DNA from: a virus | Taxonomy: Duplodnaviria > Caudoviricetes | Length of the DNA: 30,342 nucleotides | Virus record (IMG/VR): IMGVR_UViG_3300049202_000007 | Location: 1-30,342 of that record | Strand: one strand, 5' to 3' | Shown here: piece after piece, positions 1 to 9,555 of the stretch | Layout of the letters: each line of letters begins with the position of its first letter | How positions within the stretch are numbered: the stretch's first letter is position 1 | Translations under genes and position numbers: made by a program | The notes under the pieces: model-generated | Told to the model about the DNA's origin: nothing | The model's input: only the letters and a program-made list of their open reading frames with translations | Databases searched by the model: none

Positions 1-2866
1 ACGCCCGTAACGCTTCGAAGGCCGTGGCCTGGGCAGTGATGACGCCGTCGATTTCGGTGATGTCGGCAGTGTTCGTTGCGACCTGCTGGGCCAGACCATT
101 GGCCGTCTCGAGTGACTGGCCTACGTCCTTCCAATACGTAGCATTGGGCGGAGGGGTGTTCGCAGGCACCGCCGAAAGAGCCTGGTACAGCCGCTGACCA
201 AGCCGGACCATATCGTTCTTTAGGTAGGCCTTGGCCGGGTCATAGAGCAGGATGTCGTCCAGCGCATCGATCTGGGCTTGGAGGCCTGGGATCTTCTCGA
301 TTTCGGTGAGCAGATCCTCACCGAGTTCCGTTTTGGTGATTTGTCCTTTGATCAGGTCCAGGACCGGCCCAGCATTCGAGCTGGCCTGGCCCAGAACGCC
401 ATTGCCCGCCGGATACCATGGGCCGATGTTCCCAGTACGGTCCACCAGTCGCGCCCAGAAGAAGAACGACGCCCCAGCCAGCAGGCTCTGCATGCTGTAG
501 TCGCTCTGGGGATACGCCAGGTCGGCCAGTTTTGTGGCGACGCCCAAGTCATTTGCAGGCCCGTACCAGATCTCTGTGCGCTGGACATCCTCGGCGCCAG
601 CGGGGAATCCCCACTTGAGGCCGATACCAAACAGCAGCGAGGTTGCCGTGAGGTGCGTCACCGCCGGCGGCAAGCCGGTCTTCCCCTCCAAGTCGGTCAG
701 AACTGAGGTGGTCGGGATCGACGAGACGTTCATGGCACTCACCGCGCGCACCCGGGCCAGGTATTGGCCGGAATAGATACCGCGGACATCCACCAACAAT
801 TCGCCCGTGCGCGGAACCTTGATCCACTCCCGGGCGCCCCATCGCCATTCAACGTCGTAGCCAACCGCACCTGGTGCAGCGTCCCAGGCGATGGTCATGG
901 CCGTGACGGCGATGCCCTGCTCGATCACCACATGCTGACTGATCAACACCCGGGCCGGCGCGCCCTGCGTGCCGACCGGAATACCGGTGATTGGCCGAGG
1001 GTCAACCACGGCGCCATGATCAATCACGTCGAACTTGCTCGGCTCATGCTGGATGACTTCCAGCTGGTACTGGTGCCATTCCGGCCGGGTCACGTTGCGC
1101 ACGTAGAACTGCATGACCTTCAGGTCGTCAAAGTCGATCACCCAGCCACATTCAGGCTCTGGCACCTCGCTGTAGTTCGCGGCTACGGTGACGGCCCGGC
1201 CAGAAACCGAGCTGATGACGCGAGCCTCGGAATGGCCGCTGGGCAGGTTGAGGTAGAGCCGCGCACCGGTTGGGATAGTCACGTCACGGTCGAGCGTCAC
1301 GACGCGGCCGTCGACGGACGAAACGCGGCCACCGTTCGCTCGGCCGGCAAGCATCGGATCGCCCACGGCAATGATCTGCCCGGGTTTTGGGATTCCACCG
1401 TCCAGACCGACCCGGAACGTAGCGCCCCGGGTTTGGAGCTGCTCGGTCATCAGCGCCCATTGGCCCGCGCGCTGCGCCTGGCCCAGGGAAGTACAGCCGA
1501 ACGCCTCGACGCTCAGCTCGCGCACTGAACCCAGCTCGCTCAGAGCCTCGTTATCGAACACCGGCTCCTTGTCGGTCTCGAAGTCCTGGTCCGGGTTGTC
1601 CCAGGCCACCATCGCGGCCGTATGGCGGTCGCGCCAGCGCGTGCCGTCGTATTTGATGGCGCCATTGTTGAGGATCTGCGAAGGGCTGTAGCTGAAGGCG
1701 GGATCGCCCGGCATATCAGCATTGACGACAATCTGGCTGCCGTCCCAGTAGGCCATCCCGTGAAAGATCGACGCTAGGTCTTGGAGGACTGCGTAGGCCT
1801 CGGCCTGCTTCTGGAAATACAGGTTGCAGGTGAACCGCGGCTCCTGGCCGCCCTTGCCGTCCGGGACCATCTGGTCGCAGTACTGCGCAATTCGGTACAG
1901 GGACCAACGGTCCACCATGGTCGCGTCGATGCGATCGCCCAGGCCGTAGTACGGGTGCAGCACCAAGTCATAGAAGACCCAGGCAGGGTTGTTGGTGTAC
2001 GCCTCCTTGAATGTGCCGTCCCAGATCCCGCCGCTGGTGCCGGCGCCGGCTGTGGCGTAGGTCCGGGTCTCGGGGTTGTAGTTGGTCGACACACGCACGA
2101 TGCGCCCGCGCATCAACACCGCAATCTTGGCGATATCGCCGCCAAACTGCTGGGCGTCGTACTCGATGCAGCCGACCGACGTCAGCGGGTATTCCTGGTC
2201 GCTGTCTACCAGTTCGGCCACGGCTTCGACGAACATGCTGTCCTGGACGAGAGAGCTGTTGGCCTCCGGCGTTAGACGGCGTGCGCGCAGGGTCCATTGG
2301 TTGCCATCCGGCAGCTCAATTCGATGAGAGCGCTCGTACTTGGTGACGTTCTTTCGGTCGACATACGAAGTGAGCACTGTCACGTAAGGGCCGTTGTCGG
2401 TCGAGACATCCACAGCGTATTCAATCCGGACGCCGTTGATGTTGCCACTGGCGTCCTGGCTTTGCAGCGTGGGCCAACTGAGGCGCACCCGCACCGCATC
2501 AATCATGGCGTTGTTGATGCTGTGCAGCCACGGGGTGGTCGTGCGCAGCTCCTGGCCAACCGCAATTTCATTGCTCGACTCGGTGACGCCCGCCAGGCGC
2601 TCTTGGTTCAGTTCGCCAGAACGGAACTGCCACTTAACACCCGGGTAGTTGATCGTGCCGTCCTGCGCCTGAATCGCTGTACCATCGAGGCGCACGGAGC
2701 GCAGGCCACCAACAGGCCCAACGATAGGGCCCCAGCTCCAGATGTATACGAGCCTGGCCGTAGCGAGCGACGGAACGCTGTTGGATGCGATGCTCGGCTG
2801 CTTCGGCTTCGACTGGCCGCCCTTCGCCCCCCTGACAGCCCGGGCCTTCTTCGCAACTGCGCTCAT
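1..2866 (-). CDS. Central tail fibre / host-specificity protein J (3' end outside the window)
   Basis: Missing from the ORF track because there is no stop in the window. ATG at 2866 follows GGAGGA. Translation MSAVAKKARAVRGAKGG...WDGTFKEAYTNNPAWVFYDL...IAQYCDQMVPDGKGGQEPRFTCN...GCTSLGQAQRAGQW matches lambda gpJ motifs, with FN3-like segments later. Confidence 0.95.
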   Translation of the reverse strand, partial: MSAVAKKARAVRGAKGGQSKPKQPSIASNSVPSLATARLVYIWSWGPIVGPVGGLRSVRLDGTAIQAQDGTINYPGVKWQFRSGELNQERLAGVTESSNEIAVGQELRTTTPWLHSINNAMIDAVRVRLSWPTLQSQDASGNINGVRIEYAVDVSTDNGPYVTVLTSYVDRKNVTKYERSHRIELPDGNQWTLRARRLTPEANSSLVQDSMFVEAVAELVDSDQEYPLTSVGCIEYDAQQFGGDIAKIAVLMRGRIVRVSTNYNPETRTYATAGAGTSGGIWDGTFKEAYTNNPAWVFYDLVLHPYYGLGDRIDATMVDRWSLYRIAQYCDQMVPDGKGGQEPRFTCNLYFQKQAEAYAVLQDLASIFHGMAYWDGSQIVVNADMPGDPAFSYSPSQILNNGAIKYDGTRWRDRHTAAMVAWDNPDQDFETDKEPVFDNEALSELGSVRELSVEAFGCTSLGQAQRAGQWALMTEQLQTRGATFRVGLDGGIPKPGQIIAVGDPMLAGRANGGRVSSVDGRVVTLDRDVTIPTGARLYLNLPSGHSEARVISSVSGRAVTVAANYSEVPEPECGWVIDFDDLKVMQFYVRNVTRPEWHQYQLEVIQHEPSKFDVIDHGAVVDPRPITGIPVGTQGAPARVLISQHVVIEQGIAVTAMTIAWDAAPGAVGYDVEWRWGAREWIKVPRTGELLVDVRGIYSGQYLARVRAVSAMNVSSIPTTSVLTDLEGKTGLPPAVTHLTATSLLFGIGLKWGFPAGAEDVQRTEIWYGPANDLGVATKLADLAYPQSDYSMQSLLAGASFFFWARLVDRTGNIGPWYPAGNGVLGQASSNAGPVLDLIKGQITKTELGEDLLTEIEKIPGLQAQIDALDDILLYDPAKAYLKNDMVRLGQRLYQALSAVPANTPPPNATYWKDVGQSLETANGLAQQVATNTADITEIDGVITAQATAFEALRA

Positions 2867-2884
2867 GCGCTCCTCCAAAAATAC

Positions 2885-2905
2885 AAAAACCCGCCGAAGC
2901 GGGTT
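2885..2905 (-). terminator. Intrinsic terminator between I and J
   Basis: Minus strand reads AACCCGC-TTCG-GCGGGTT followed by a T-run. Confidence 0.7.
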
Positions 2906-2921
2906 GGGTGTTTCCGAAAAT

Positions 2922-3509
2922 TCAGATGTTGTCCTGGGTGTAGATCCCGCCAGACTCCACGGCGCCGCCGATCTCCCGCTCGCCGTAAAGCAGCGGGTAT
3001 GGGTTGCCCTGGGCGATAGTGGTTACCGCCGAGCCGAAGCCGTAGCTGGGGTTGTTGCCATCTTCGTTCTTGTCTGCCGTGTTGGCCTTGGTGGTAGGTG
3101 AAAGCATTTGCACTACTCCGCCCACGGCCACGCCAGCGCCAGCGACGAGCAGCCCCATCCCAAGGCCTGTAGTCGTGCCGCCGCTGAACAAGCCCGCGAC
3201 AACTAGGACGACCCCCAGAATCGTCTGGAAAACGCCTGCCGACTTGCTGCCCTGAATGATTGGCATAATCCGAATGACTTCGATGCATTCACCCTTAAGA
3301 TCCAGCTCTTCTTCACCGATGTTGCGTTCATCGATGAACACGGCGAACACCAGGCCGCGCTCCTCGGCAGTGCGCAGAAACTTCTCGAAGCCCGGCCTCA
3401 TCACACACAGCGCGTTCATCGCATCCCTGAAACCGTGCAGGTCCAGGCGGTACTGGCGGCCAAAGCGCTTGCCCAGCACTCCTCCCAGCTTGATGGTCGT
3501 CATCGTCAT
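2922..3509 (-). CDS. Tail assembly protein I (lambda gpI-like)
   Basis: IKLGGVLGKRFGR N-terminus, Gly-rich hydrophobic middle, SYGFGSAVTTIAQGNPYPLLYG C-terminus; position after K. Confidence 0.92.
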   Translation of the reverse strand: MTMTTIKLGGVLGKRFGRQYRLDLHGFRDAMNALCVMRPGFEKFLRTAEERGLVFAVFIDERNIGEEELDLKGECIEVIRIMPIIQGSKSAGVFQTILGVVLVVAGLFSGGTTTGLGMGLLVAGAGVAVGGVVQMLSPTTKANTADKNEDGNNPSYGFGSAVTTIAQGNPYPLLYGEREIGGAVESGGIYTQDNI

Positions 3510-4288
3510 GGGCGGTAGTCCTTGTGGCGCAGGATCAGTTTCACTCGGCTGGCCATCGACCAGCCGTAAACCTCGCGCGCGGCCAGGCGCCCGGGCATGT
3601 GGTGGTAGATGAACGGACCCGACCCGCCCAGGGCTGGCGCTGGCTCGCTGTGCAGTAACGGGTCATCGCCCAAGAAGATTGCTGCGTGGTTTGGATAGAA
3701 GCACGGGCGGCCCGGGGTCGGCACCTGAAGCACCAGCATGTCGCCGCGCTGCGCCGTCTCGACCTGGTAGAAGCCCGTGGCTTTGAAGTTGTCCTCGTAC
3801 AGACTCGGGCCGGCTTCGTCTTCCCACCACAGGTCCTGGCGTTCGAAGTTCGGTAGCTGCAGGCCGGCCTCCCGGGCGTACCAATCGCGGCAGGCGCCCC
3901 AGCAGTCCAGCAGGCCGTGGGAGAAATCCCGGCCCAGCAGCGGCGCTTGGAAGCCTTCAGGCTTGAACCAGGCGAAGTCGCCACCCGGCCAGCCAACAAT
4001 GCCCCAGGGCAACTCGTGTAGTTCACAGCTCACCCGGTCGGCCATGCTCGGCGTGGGCGCTTTGTCGGGGTGGCTGTGGATGATCGCCAGCACTTCGCCC
4101 AGGTCCTCGGCCACCGCCTGGTCGCGCTCATCGATCTGGAAGTTCTCCCGATCCGACTTCGCCCGGTTGGTGCATGGCACGTATTGGCGCCCCGCTTCAG
4201 TCTTCACCAGCAGGCCGCATGCCTCGCCCGGGTAGGCTCGCTCGGCGTGGGCCCGAATATCGTCCTGCAATTTTTGATTGATGCGCAT
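3506..4288 (-). CDS. Tail assembly protein K (JAB/MPN + NlpC/P60)
   Basis: EACGLL, IHSHPD...PSMADR (JAB) and DCWGACRDWY...NHAAIFLG (NlpC). Start reassigned to MRINQ at 4288. Confidence 0.93.
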   Translation of the reverse strand: MRINQKLQDDIRAHAERAYPGEACGLLVKTEAGRQYVPCTNRAKSDRENFQIDERDQAVAEDLGEVLAIIHSHPDKAPTPSMADRVSCELHELPWGIVGWPGGDFAWFKPEGFQAPLLGRDFSHGLLDCWGACRDWYAREAGLQLPNFERQDLWWEDEAGPSLYEDNFKATGFYQVETAQRGDMLVLQVPTPGRPCFYPNHAAIFLGDDPLLHSEPAPALGGSGPFIYHHMPGRLAAREVYGWSMASRVKLILRHKDYRP

Positions 4289-4290
4289 GG

Positions 4291-4992
4291 TTACCTCGAG
4301 CTTGCGATCAGGCTTGCACCCATGGAGCCGCCGAACCGGCGCGTGTTGCCGCGCAACTTGCAACTACTCCACCATCCGCCGCACTGGTCCAGGGCTGGGT
4401 TGTCGGTGGGCTCGTTCTTTTTGGTGAACATGGTCGTGCCGGTGTAGGCACAGGCCTCGCCGCGATAACCGCCACGACAAGCCCACCGGCACAGCTTGGT
4501 GATCTGCTGGCTGGGCAGCATCTGCCCTTCCATATCTGTGGGGCTGGACATCGAGAAGGTCAGCGAGTCGAACGACTCCTCTGTCTTCTGCTCGATGTAC
4601 CAGAGGTTTCGCCGGCTCTGGTTGCTGGCCGTGGGGTTGCCGTCAGGGAAATTGGCAGCGTCCAGGTAGTGCCGGAACGTTTCGATCACGGTGAACTTGG
4701 CGCCCGCCAGATCTCGGAACTGCAAGCACAGCGCCGTGAGCGCGCCGCGCACGCCGCCCAGCTCGTTGGCGATCTGCAACGTTGGCGAGGCCGGGCGCCC
4801 ATCGCCACGGATGTCGAATCCCTTCGCAGTGATCTGGAGGGGCGAATACAGCTGACCCTGCCAGATGATGTCGCCCTCCTGGGCGTGGGCGTGGAAACGC
4901 CACAGGTTGGCGCCCAGGCGCGTGGCGTCGAGCTCGAACAGCCGGATCTGGTTGCCCGGCTCGAGCTTTTGAATATCGGCGTTGTAGTTCAT
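4291..4992 (-). CDS. Minor tail protein L
   Basis: IQKLEPGNQIRLFELD, YLDAANFPDGNPTA, C-terminal Cys cluster (CRW..CAY..CGGWWSSC). Start at MNYNAD, 4992. Confidence 0.94.
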   Translation of the reverse strand: MNYNADIQKLEPGNQIRLFELDATRLGANLWRFHAHAQEGDIIWQGQLYSPLQITAKGFDIRGDGRPASPTLQIANELGGVRGALTALCLQFRDLAGAKFTVIETFRHYLDAANFPDGNPTASNQSRRNLWYIEQKTEESFDSLTFSMSSPTDMEGQMLPSQQITKLCRWACRGGYRGEACAYTGTTMFTKKNEPTDNPALDQCGGWWSSCKLRGNTRRFGGSMGASLIASSR

Positions 4993-5008
4993 GGGGCTCC
5001 AGAAACAA

Positions 5009-5030
5009 CAAACCCCGCACTTGGCGGGGC
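5009..5030 (-). terminator. Terminator-like hairpin between M and L
   Basis: Minus strand reads CCCCGC-CAAGT-GCGGGG-TTTGTTGTTT. Confidence 0.5.
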
Positions 5031-5046
5031 TGGTGGTTGGCAGCAA

Positions 5047-5388
5047 TCAGGGCGTATAGGACTGCTTGAAGACGAAGGTGAGCGTGTAGAGGTTGAGGCC
5101 GGCGGGCCGGGGCTTGTAACCGTTGCACCGGTAACGACCCTGAACCCCGCCAGGCGGCGTCCAAAGGAACGACTTGTAGCCTTCGTGTCGATCGAGAAAC
5201 GCCCACACAAGGGGCAGCTCATCACCAGCTTCAAGCGAGCCCGTGTGTGTCAGGTTCCAAACTTGCTTTTTGGTGTTTATCCCAATCCCGCCGGCTTGGA
5301 CGTATCCATCCCCAAACTCGTTCTCCCACGCCAGCTGGGCAATGTCCCCATCCGCGCCAAGCTGAACGTCAAAATCAAACGTTTCCAT
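5047..5388 (-). CDS. Minor tail protein M (distal tail)
   Basis: FGDGYVQ...GIN and FLDRHEGYKSFLWTPP motifs; follows the tape measure gene. Confidence 0.93.
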   Translation of the reverse strand: METFDFDVQLGADGDIAQLAWENEFGDGYVQAGGIGINTKKQVWNLTHTGSLEAGDELPLVWAFLDRHEGYKSFLWTPPGGVQGRYRCNGYKPRPAGLNLYTLTFVFKQSYTP

Positions 5389-5391
5389 TGG

Positions 5392-8300
5392 TCACCTTCT
5401 CCAAAGTCGCCCACCCTGGCGCATCTCGCGATCAAGGAATTGGCCCATTCGAGCCTCAAGCGCAGCGCCAATTGAATCGCCTTGCGCCTGCGCCTCCTGA
5501 TTGCTCATGCCTGGCTGAGCCTGAACGGTAACCGGTGCGTTGAAGATGATCGGCGCCGGGCCGCCGGCGGGTGCACTACTGGAGCTGCCCGAGCTGGACT
5601 GGCCGACCATGGCCGCCTTGCCATTGCTCAACGCTTCAAGCGTGCCGACGCCGATCCTGGCCGTGGCCTCCGCGTCGAAAACATATTCGCCACGGTGAAC
5701 TGGGCCGGCGATCTCGTCGCGTCGACCGTGTCCGGTATACCCGCCATCCATGAAGCCGACACCAGCCATTGCGGCACTGGCCACAGTGGCGACCATCGGT
5801 GCCGTGGCCGAGGCGGCAGTCAACGCAGCGCCTGGCGCCAGTGCCGGGCCGACGATGGGAATAGCAGCTGTCGAGGCGTAAGCCGCGAGAGCGGCCTGCG
5901 CGGAGGTTGCCTGGGCGTTCGCAATCATCCCAAGACCGGCAGTGGTTTGGGTGGTCTTGCCCACCAGCATCTGCACGGCTTGATAAACCAGCCACTGCGC
6001 GGCCATATCGGAAAGCGCATTGACCATGGACTTCGCGAAGCCGGACACCATGTTGCCCAAGGCATCATCCGCATCCTCGGCGCCGGTGACGATGTCGGAA
6101 AAGAACCCGCCCACGCTGCTGCTTGCGCTTCCCAGCGCCGTCGACGTCATATCCGCAGCCATCTGCGAATAGTTTTGCGCCGCGTCGGCGAAGTTGGCCC
6201 ACGCTTCGTTGACACCATTCATCCAGTTCGATTCGTACTCGTCGAGCCGGGTGTAGTAATCCTGCTGGGCGTAAAGGCGTTTCGCCAATTCATTCTGCAG
6301 GACGGTCGTCTCTTTGGCGTACAACTCAGGCTCGATCTGTCCGGTGTTGCGCTGCTCGTTCAGGCTGGCCAGGTCAGCGGCATACTTCTGGCGCAGGGCC
6401 AGGTCCGCCCGCATACGGTCGCGGGCCTCATCGCCCATGCCGATGCCGGCCAACTCCTGATCGAATCCGTCTTGAGTGGTCCGAGTGCCAGTGGCCTGGG
6501 CCTCCTTGAATGCCGCCAGCTTCAGGTCGTCTTCGTTGGCCTTTTTTATTTTATTCAGCGCGTCCAGCTCGGCGGCCATGCCTGTCAGCCGTTTCTTTTG
6601 GGCCTCGGACAGCTTCCCGAGCTTTCCTTCCTGAAGCTCGAACGACAGCTTTTGAACCTCGGTCGCGTCCTTCTGCTTGTCGCCGGTGGTGTCGATCAGT
6701 TCGATCTGTCGCTTGTAGCTCTCCTCCGCCGACTCAAAGGCTTTGAGCTGCTGCTTGGCCGCCGACTCCGCTTCACTGGTGTTCTTTTTTGCCGCCTTTG
6801 CCGCGGCATCATCGACTTCTTTTTGGGAGTCTTTGGCAGCAGCGGCCGACCGGATCGCAACGATCATCCCTTCCGTGAGCTTGGTGTTTTCAGCAATGAA
6901 TCGATTCGCGGCCTCCAGCGCGGTTTTGTCTTTGGCGCTTCCGAGATCCTTCAGGAGCTGGCCGAGATATTTTTGGCCAACCTCTGTAGCCGCAGCAATC
7001 GCAGCGGCGTTCCTACCCCTCGCGGCAGTGTTGGCGTCTGTCTCGCCAGTCAGCGAGGCAAGCGTCTCGCGCTGCTTATCAAGTACTCCGGTTAGCTCGG
7101 TAACTTTGAGTTGACCAGTCTCGATTGACTGGGCCATTTCCTCCGTGACACCGGGAATAAGACGGACCTGATCAGCAACGGCTTTCCAGTCGACTGCCTG
7201 GCCTTTGGAGGACTCGGCAACGGCTTTATTGACGATATCCATTGCCGATTGGAACTCGGCTGGCAATGGCGCGATACCACCCATAAAACCTGAAGCGCCA
7301 GCCAGACCCGCATTCGTTAGCGCTACTTGGAACTCGAAAGCGATGGAGCTCGCAGCCCCGGACAGGTCTTTCTGCGTGTCCTCAATCGATGCGCGCAGCT
7401 CCCGCAGCGTGACCGACTGCGTGGCGCGGTTGAGCTTATTGAAGCGCTCAGTGAGCTTATCGAGCGGATCACCCAAATCACCAAGTTTCTTTTCCAGAAC
7501 GCTTGTGTTGTCGCGCAAGGTTAAAAATGCAGTAGCGGCCCCAACTGCCAGGGCCGCGACGCCCAGCGGGCCACCCAACATTCCAAGAATGACTCCGCCA
7601 CTGCGAGTCACGCCGAGCTGCGCAGCCGCTACCGCGTTCGTAGCCCGCGTCTCGGCCATCCTCGCTTCAGCCAACTGAATCGACATCTGGGTTTGGACTG
7701 CGGTTCCTCTTGCCGCGACGGCCTCCCGCTCCGCAAGAAAGACCGAAGTGGCGGCTTTCTGCTGTTCTGCTTGCGCCGCCAACAATACCGCTGTGGCCTG
7801 CGCCTTCCGCGCAGCGGCATCCTTAAAGGCGGAGGAAACAGCGACTGCTGCAGATTCAGCCGCGCTGGCCCCGTATCGGAACAGGGCCGCAGTTGCCGAA
7901 ACAATCGCGACATCCGCCAACGTTTCGAAATTGTCGCTGAGAGACTTGACTCCCGTTACCAATGTCCCAGTGAAGTCGGTAGTTTCATTGAGACGGCCAA
8001 TGTAAACGGTGAACGAGTTCGACAAACCCTGAATCGCGTCCCGCACGGCAGTGGTCATGCCGTCTGCCAGCAAGCCGTTTGCCGCGGCTGTCTTCTGCAA
8101 ACCATCCGTCAGAACTTCCAGGCTCAGCTTTCCTTGCGCGCCAAGACTCCGGATCTCCTCCGCGGTCTTGCCTGTAGCCTTGGCGATGGTTTCCACGACG
8201 CTGGGCATCGCAGCAAGAATCGATTGCCATTCACCAGCCTCGACCTTCCCAATTTGCAACGACTTGGAGTACGCATCAATGGCCGACTTGGCCTTATCTG

Positions 8301-8787
8301 CTGATGCCGCGTTGGTCACCAGCAAAAAGCTGAAGCTGTCCATAACATCCAGCGCTTGGCCAGTGTTGTACCCCATTGCCTTCAAGCTTGCCGAAGTACG
8401 GATGTACAGCTCTTGGGCTTCATTCAACGGCCGGTAAGTCCGCTGGGCCGTTTCCAGTAGCCGCTGCTGGACTAGGTCGTACTCGGCAACGCTCTTGGTT
8501 ACCATCCCAATCCGGTCCGACATCTGCCCGTAGGAGTCGGCGGTCTCGATGATCTTGCCAATTGACGCGGCCCCTATAGCTCCTGCTAGGGCACCTTTGA
8601 TTAGACCAGCAGCGTCACGAGCACGATCACCTGCCCGATCAAACGCCTCATCGACACGCCCAAGACTCTTATCAATCTTCCCGGACGCCTGGGCAACGCT
8701 GGAATCTGCGCGGGCCATTTCCTGCCGCAGTTGCGCAGTGGTCGCCTCAATGCGAACCAGCATCCCCTGAACGTCGGTATCAGCCAT
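5392..8787 (-). CDS. Tail tape measure protein
   Basis: 1131 aa, Ala-rich and helical; N-terminal tape-measure domain; C-terminal FMDGGYTG..AGPVHRGEYVF. Confidence 0.96.
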   Translation of the reverse strand: MADTDVQGMLVRIEATTAQLRQEMARADSSVAQASGKIDKSLGRVDEAFDRAGDRARDAAGLIKGALAGAIGAASIGKIIETADSYGQMSDRIGMVTKSVAEYDLVQQRLLETAQRTYRPLNEAQELYIRTSASLKAMGYNTGQALDVMDSFSFLLVTNAASADKAKSAIDAYSKSLQIGKVEAGEWQSILAAMPSVVETIAKATGKTAEEIRSLGAQGKLSLEVLTDGLQKTAAANGLLADGMTTAVRDAIQGLSNSFTVYIGRLNETTDFTGTLVTGVKSLSDNFETLADVAIVSATAALFRYGASAAESAAVAVSSAFKDAAARKAQATAVLLAAQAEQQKAATSVFLAEREAVAARGTAVQTQMSIQLAEARMAETRATNAVAAAQLGVTRSGGVILGMLGGPLGVAALAVGAATAFLTLRDNTSVLEKKLGDLGDPLDKLTERFNKLNRATQSVTLRELRASIEDTQKDLSGAASSIAFEFQVALTNAGLAGASGFMGGIAPLPAEFQSAMDIVNKAVAESSKGQAVDWKAVADQVRLIPGVTEEMAQSIETGQLKVTELTGVLDKQRETLASLTGETDANTAARGRNAAAIAAATEVGQKYLGQLLKDLGSAKDKTALEAANRFIAENTKLTEGMIVAIRSAAAAKDSQKEVDDAAAKAAKKNTSEAESAAKQQLKAFESAEESYKRQIELIDTTGDKQKDATEVQKLSFELQEGKLGKLSEAQKKRLTGMAAELDALNKIKKANEDDLKLAAFKEAQATGTRTTQDGFDQELAGIGMGDEARDRMRADLALRQKYAADLASLNEQRNTGQIEPELYAKETTVLQNELAKRLYAQQDYYTRLDEYESNWMNGVNEAWANFADAAQNYSQMAADMTSTALGSASSSVGGFFSDIVTGAEDADDALGNMVSGFAKSMVNALSDMAAQWLVYQAVQMLVGKTTQTTAGLGMIANAQATSAQAALAAYASTAAIPIVGPALAPGAALTAASATAPMVATVASAAMAGVGFMDGGYTGHGRRDEIAGPVHRGEYVFDAEATARIGVGTLEALSNGKAAMVGQSSSGSSSSAPAGGPAPIIFNAPVTVQAQPGMSNQEAQAQGDSIGAALEARMGQFLDREMRQGGRLWRR

Positions 8788-8803
8788 GCTTTTCTCCGGA
8801 CAT

Positions 8804-8826
8804 AAAAAAACCCGCCGGAGCGGGTT
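8804..8826 (-). terminator. Intrinsic terminator of the tail-region moron
   Basis: Minus strand reads AACCCGC-TCCG-GCGGGTT-TTTTT, right after the stop at 8843. Confidence 0.8.
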
Positions 8827-8842
8827 GGATCAATTCTTTAAG

Positions 8843-9214
8843 TTACATCTGAACATCTTTGAGCACTTCTTTTCGAGCTGCCAGCTCGCACTCTGAATAA
8901 ACCTTATCGGAAAGTTTGTTCGCAGATTCACTCGATGCAAAAACCATCCTTGCATCAACCGTTGACTCTTCAGAGGACTGAACCTTTTTCAGAACCTCGT
9001 CCAAGGTTTTCCCAGCATCACGCTGCCTTGCAACCTCGGCTGTAATGTTTGACCGCATACGGCAAGATTCCGCAGAGCGAAAAGCAATGTCGACTTTCTG
9101 GATGGTCATGACCGTCAGGGAAAGCTTATCCGCATCTATTTTTGTTGTTCCCTCTGCATTTACACAGAAAGGCATCACAAGGGCGAGCACCCCTGCGCCA
9201 ATAACAATGCGCAT
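8843..9214 (-). CDS. Moron: exported hypothetical protein with a signal peptide
   Basis: ATG 9214 after GAGGATAGGGAT. MRIVIGAGVLALVMPFCVNA/E resembles a Sec signal. Visibly more AT-rich than neighbours and has its own terminator. Confidence 0.8.
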   Translation of the reverse strand: MRIVIGAGVLALVMPFCVNAEGTTKIDADKLSLTVMTIQKVDIAFRSAESCRMRSNITAEVARQRDAGKTLDEVLKKVQSSEESTVDARMVFASSESANKLSDKVYSECELAARKEVLKDVQM

Positions 9215-9279
9215 ATCCCTATCCTCTAGCAAATGACATCACTTTACATGAACGCCCGCAGATCGCATCTTTTCTGACA

Positions 9280-9555
9280 TTAGGAGCCCTTCCGCCCTGT
9301 CAGCGCCTGGCGAAGCTTTTCAGCAACGGTGAATGGCTTCGGCTTTTCCTTACCCGGGCCAGCCTTGCCGCCGAAGGGATTGGTCATCTGAGTCCATTCG
9401 AGCCTGGCGTCCATGGCCAGAAATAACTCGGGCATCGGTGTGGCCCAAGCAAGGTCAGGCGACCAGCCCAGCCACCCGGTGGCCACCGCATAGAGCCGGT
9501 CGACGTAGCTGCCGTCCTCGACAGCGCTTACGCCGCCGCCGGCTTCTCCTTTCCC
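9280..9555 (-). CDS. gpT-like frameshift extension of the tail assembly chaperone (G-T fusion)
   Basis: The -1 frame from the slippery site reads GKGEAGGGVSAVEDGSYVDRLYAVATGWLGWSPDLAWATPMPEL... without a stop until 9280. Confidence 0.85.
   Translation of the reverse strand, partial: GKGEAGGGVSAVEDGSYVDRLYAVATGWLGWSPDLAWATPMPELFLAMDARLEWTQMTNPFGGKAGPGKEKPKPFTVAEKLRQALTGRKGS

Noticed and set aside
252-3101. Many ORF-track calls on both strands
   Set aside because: All overlap the uncalled J reading frame, which explains the region.
5482-7095. 537-aa + strand ORF
   Set aside because: Antisense shadow of the tape measure gene caused by GC-rich codon bias; no RBS and no recognisable motifs.
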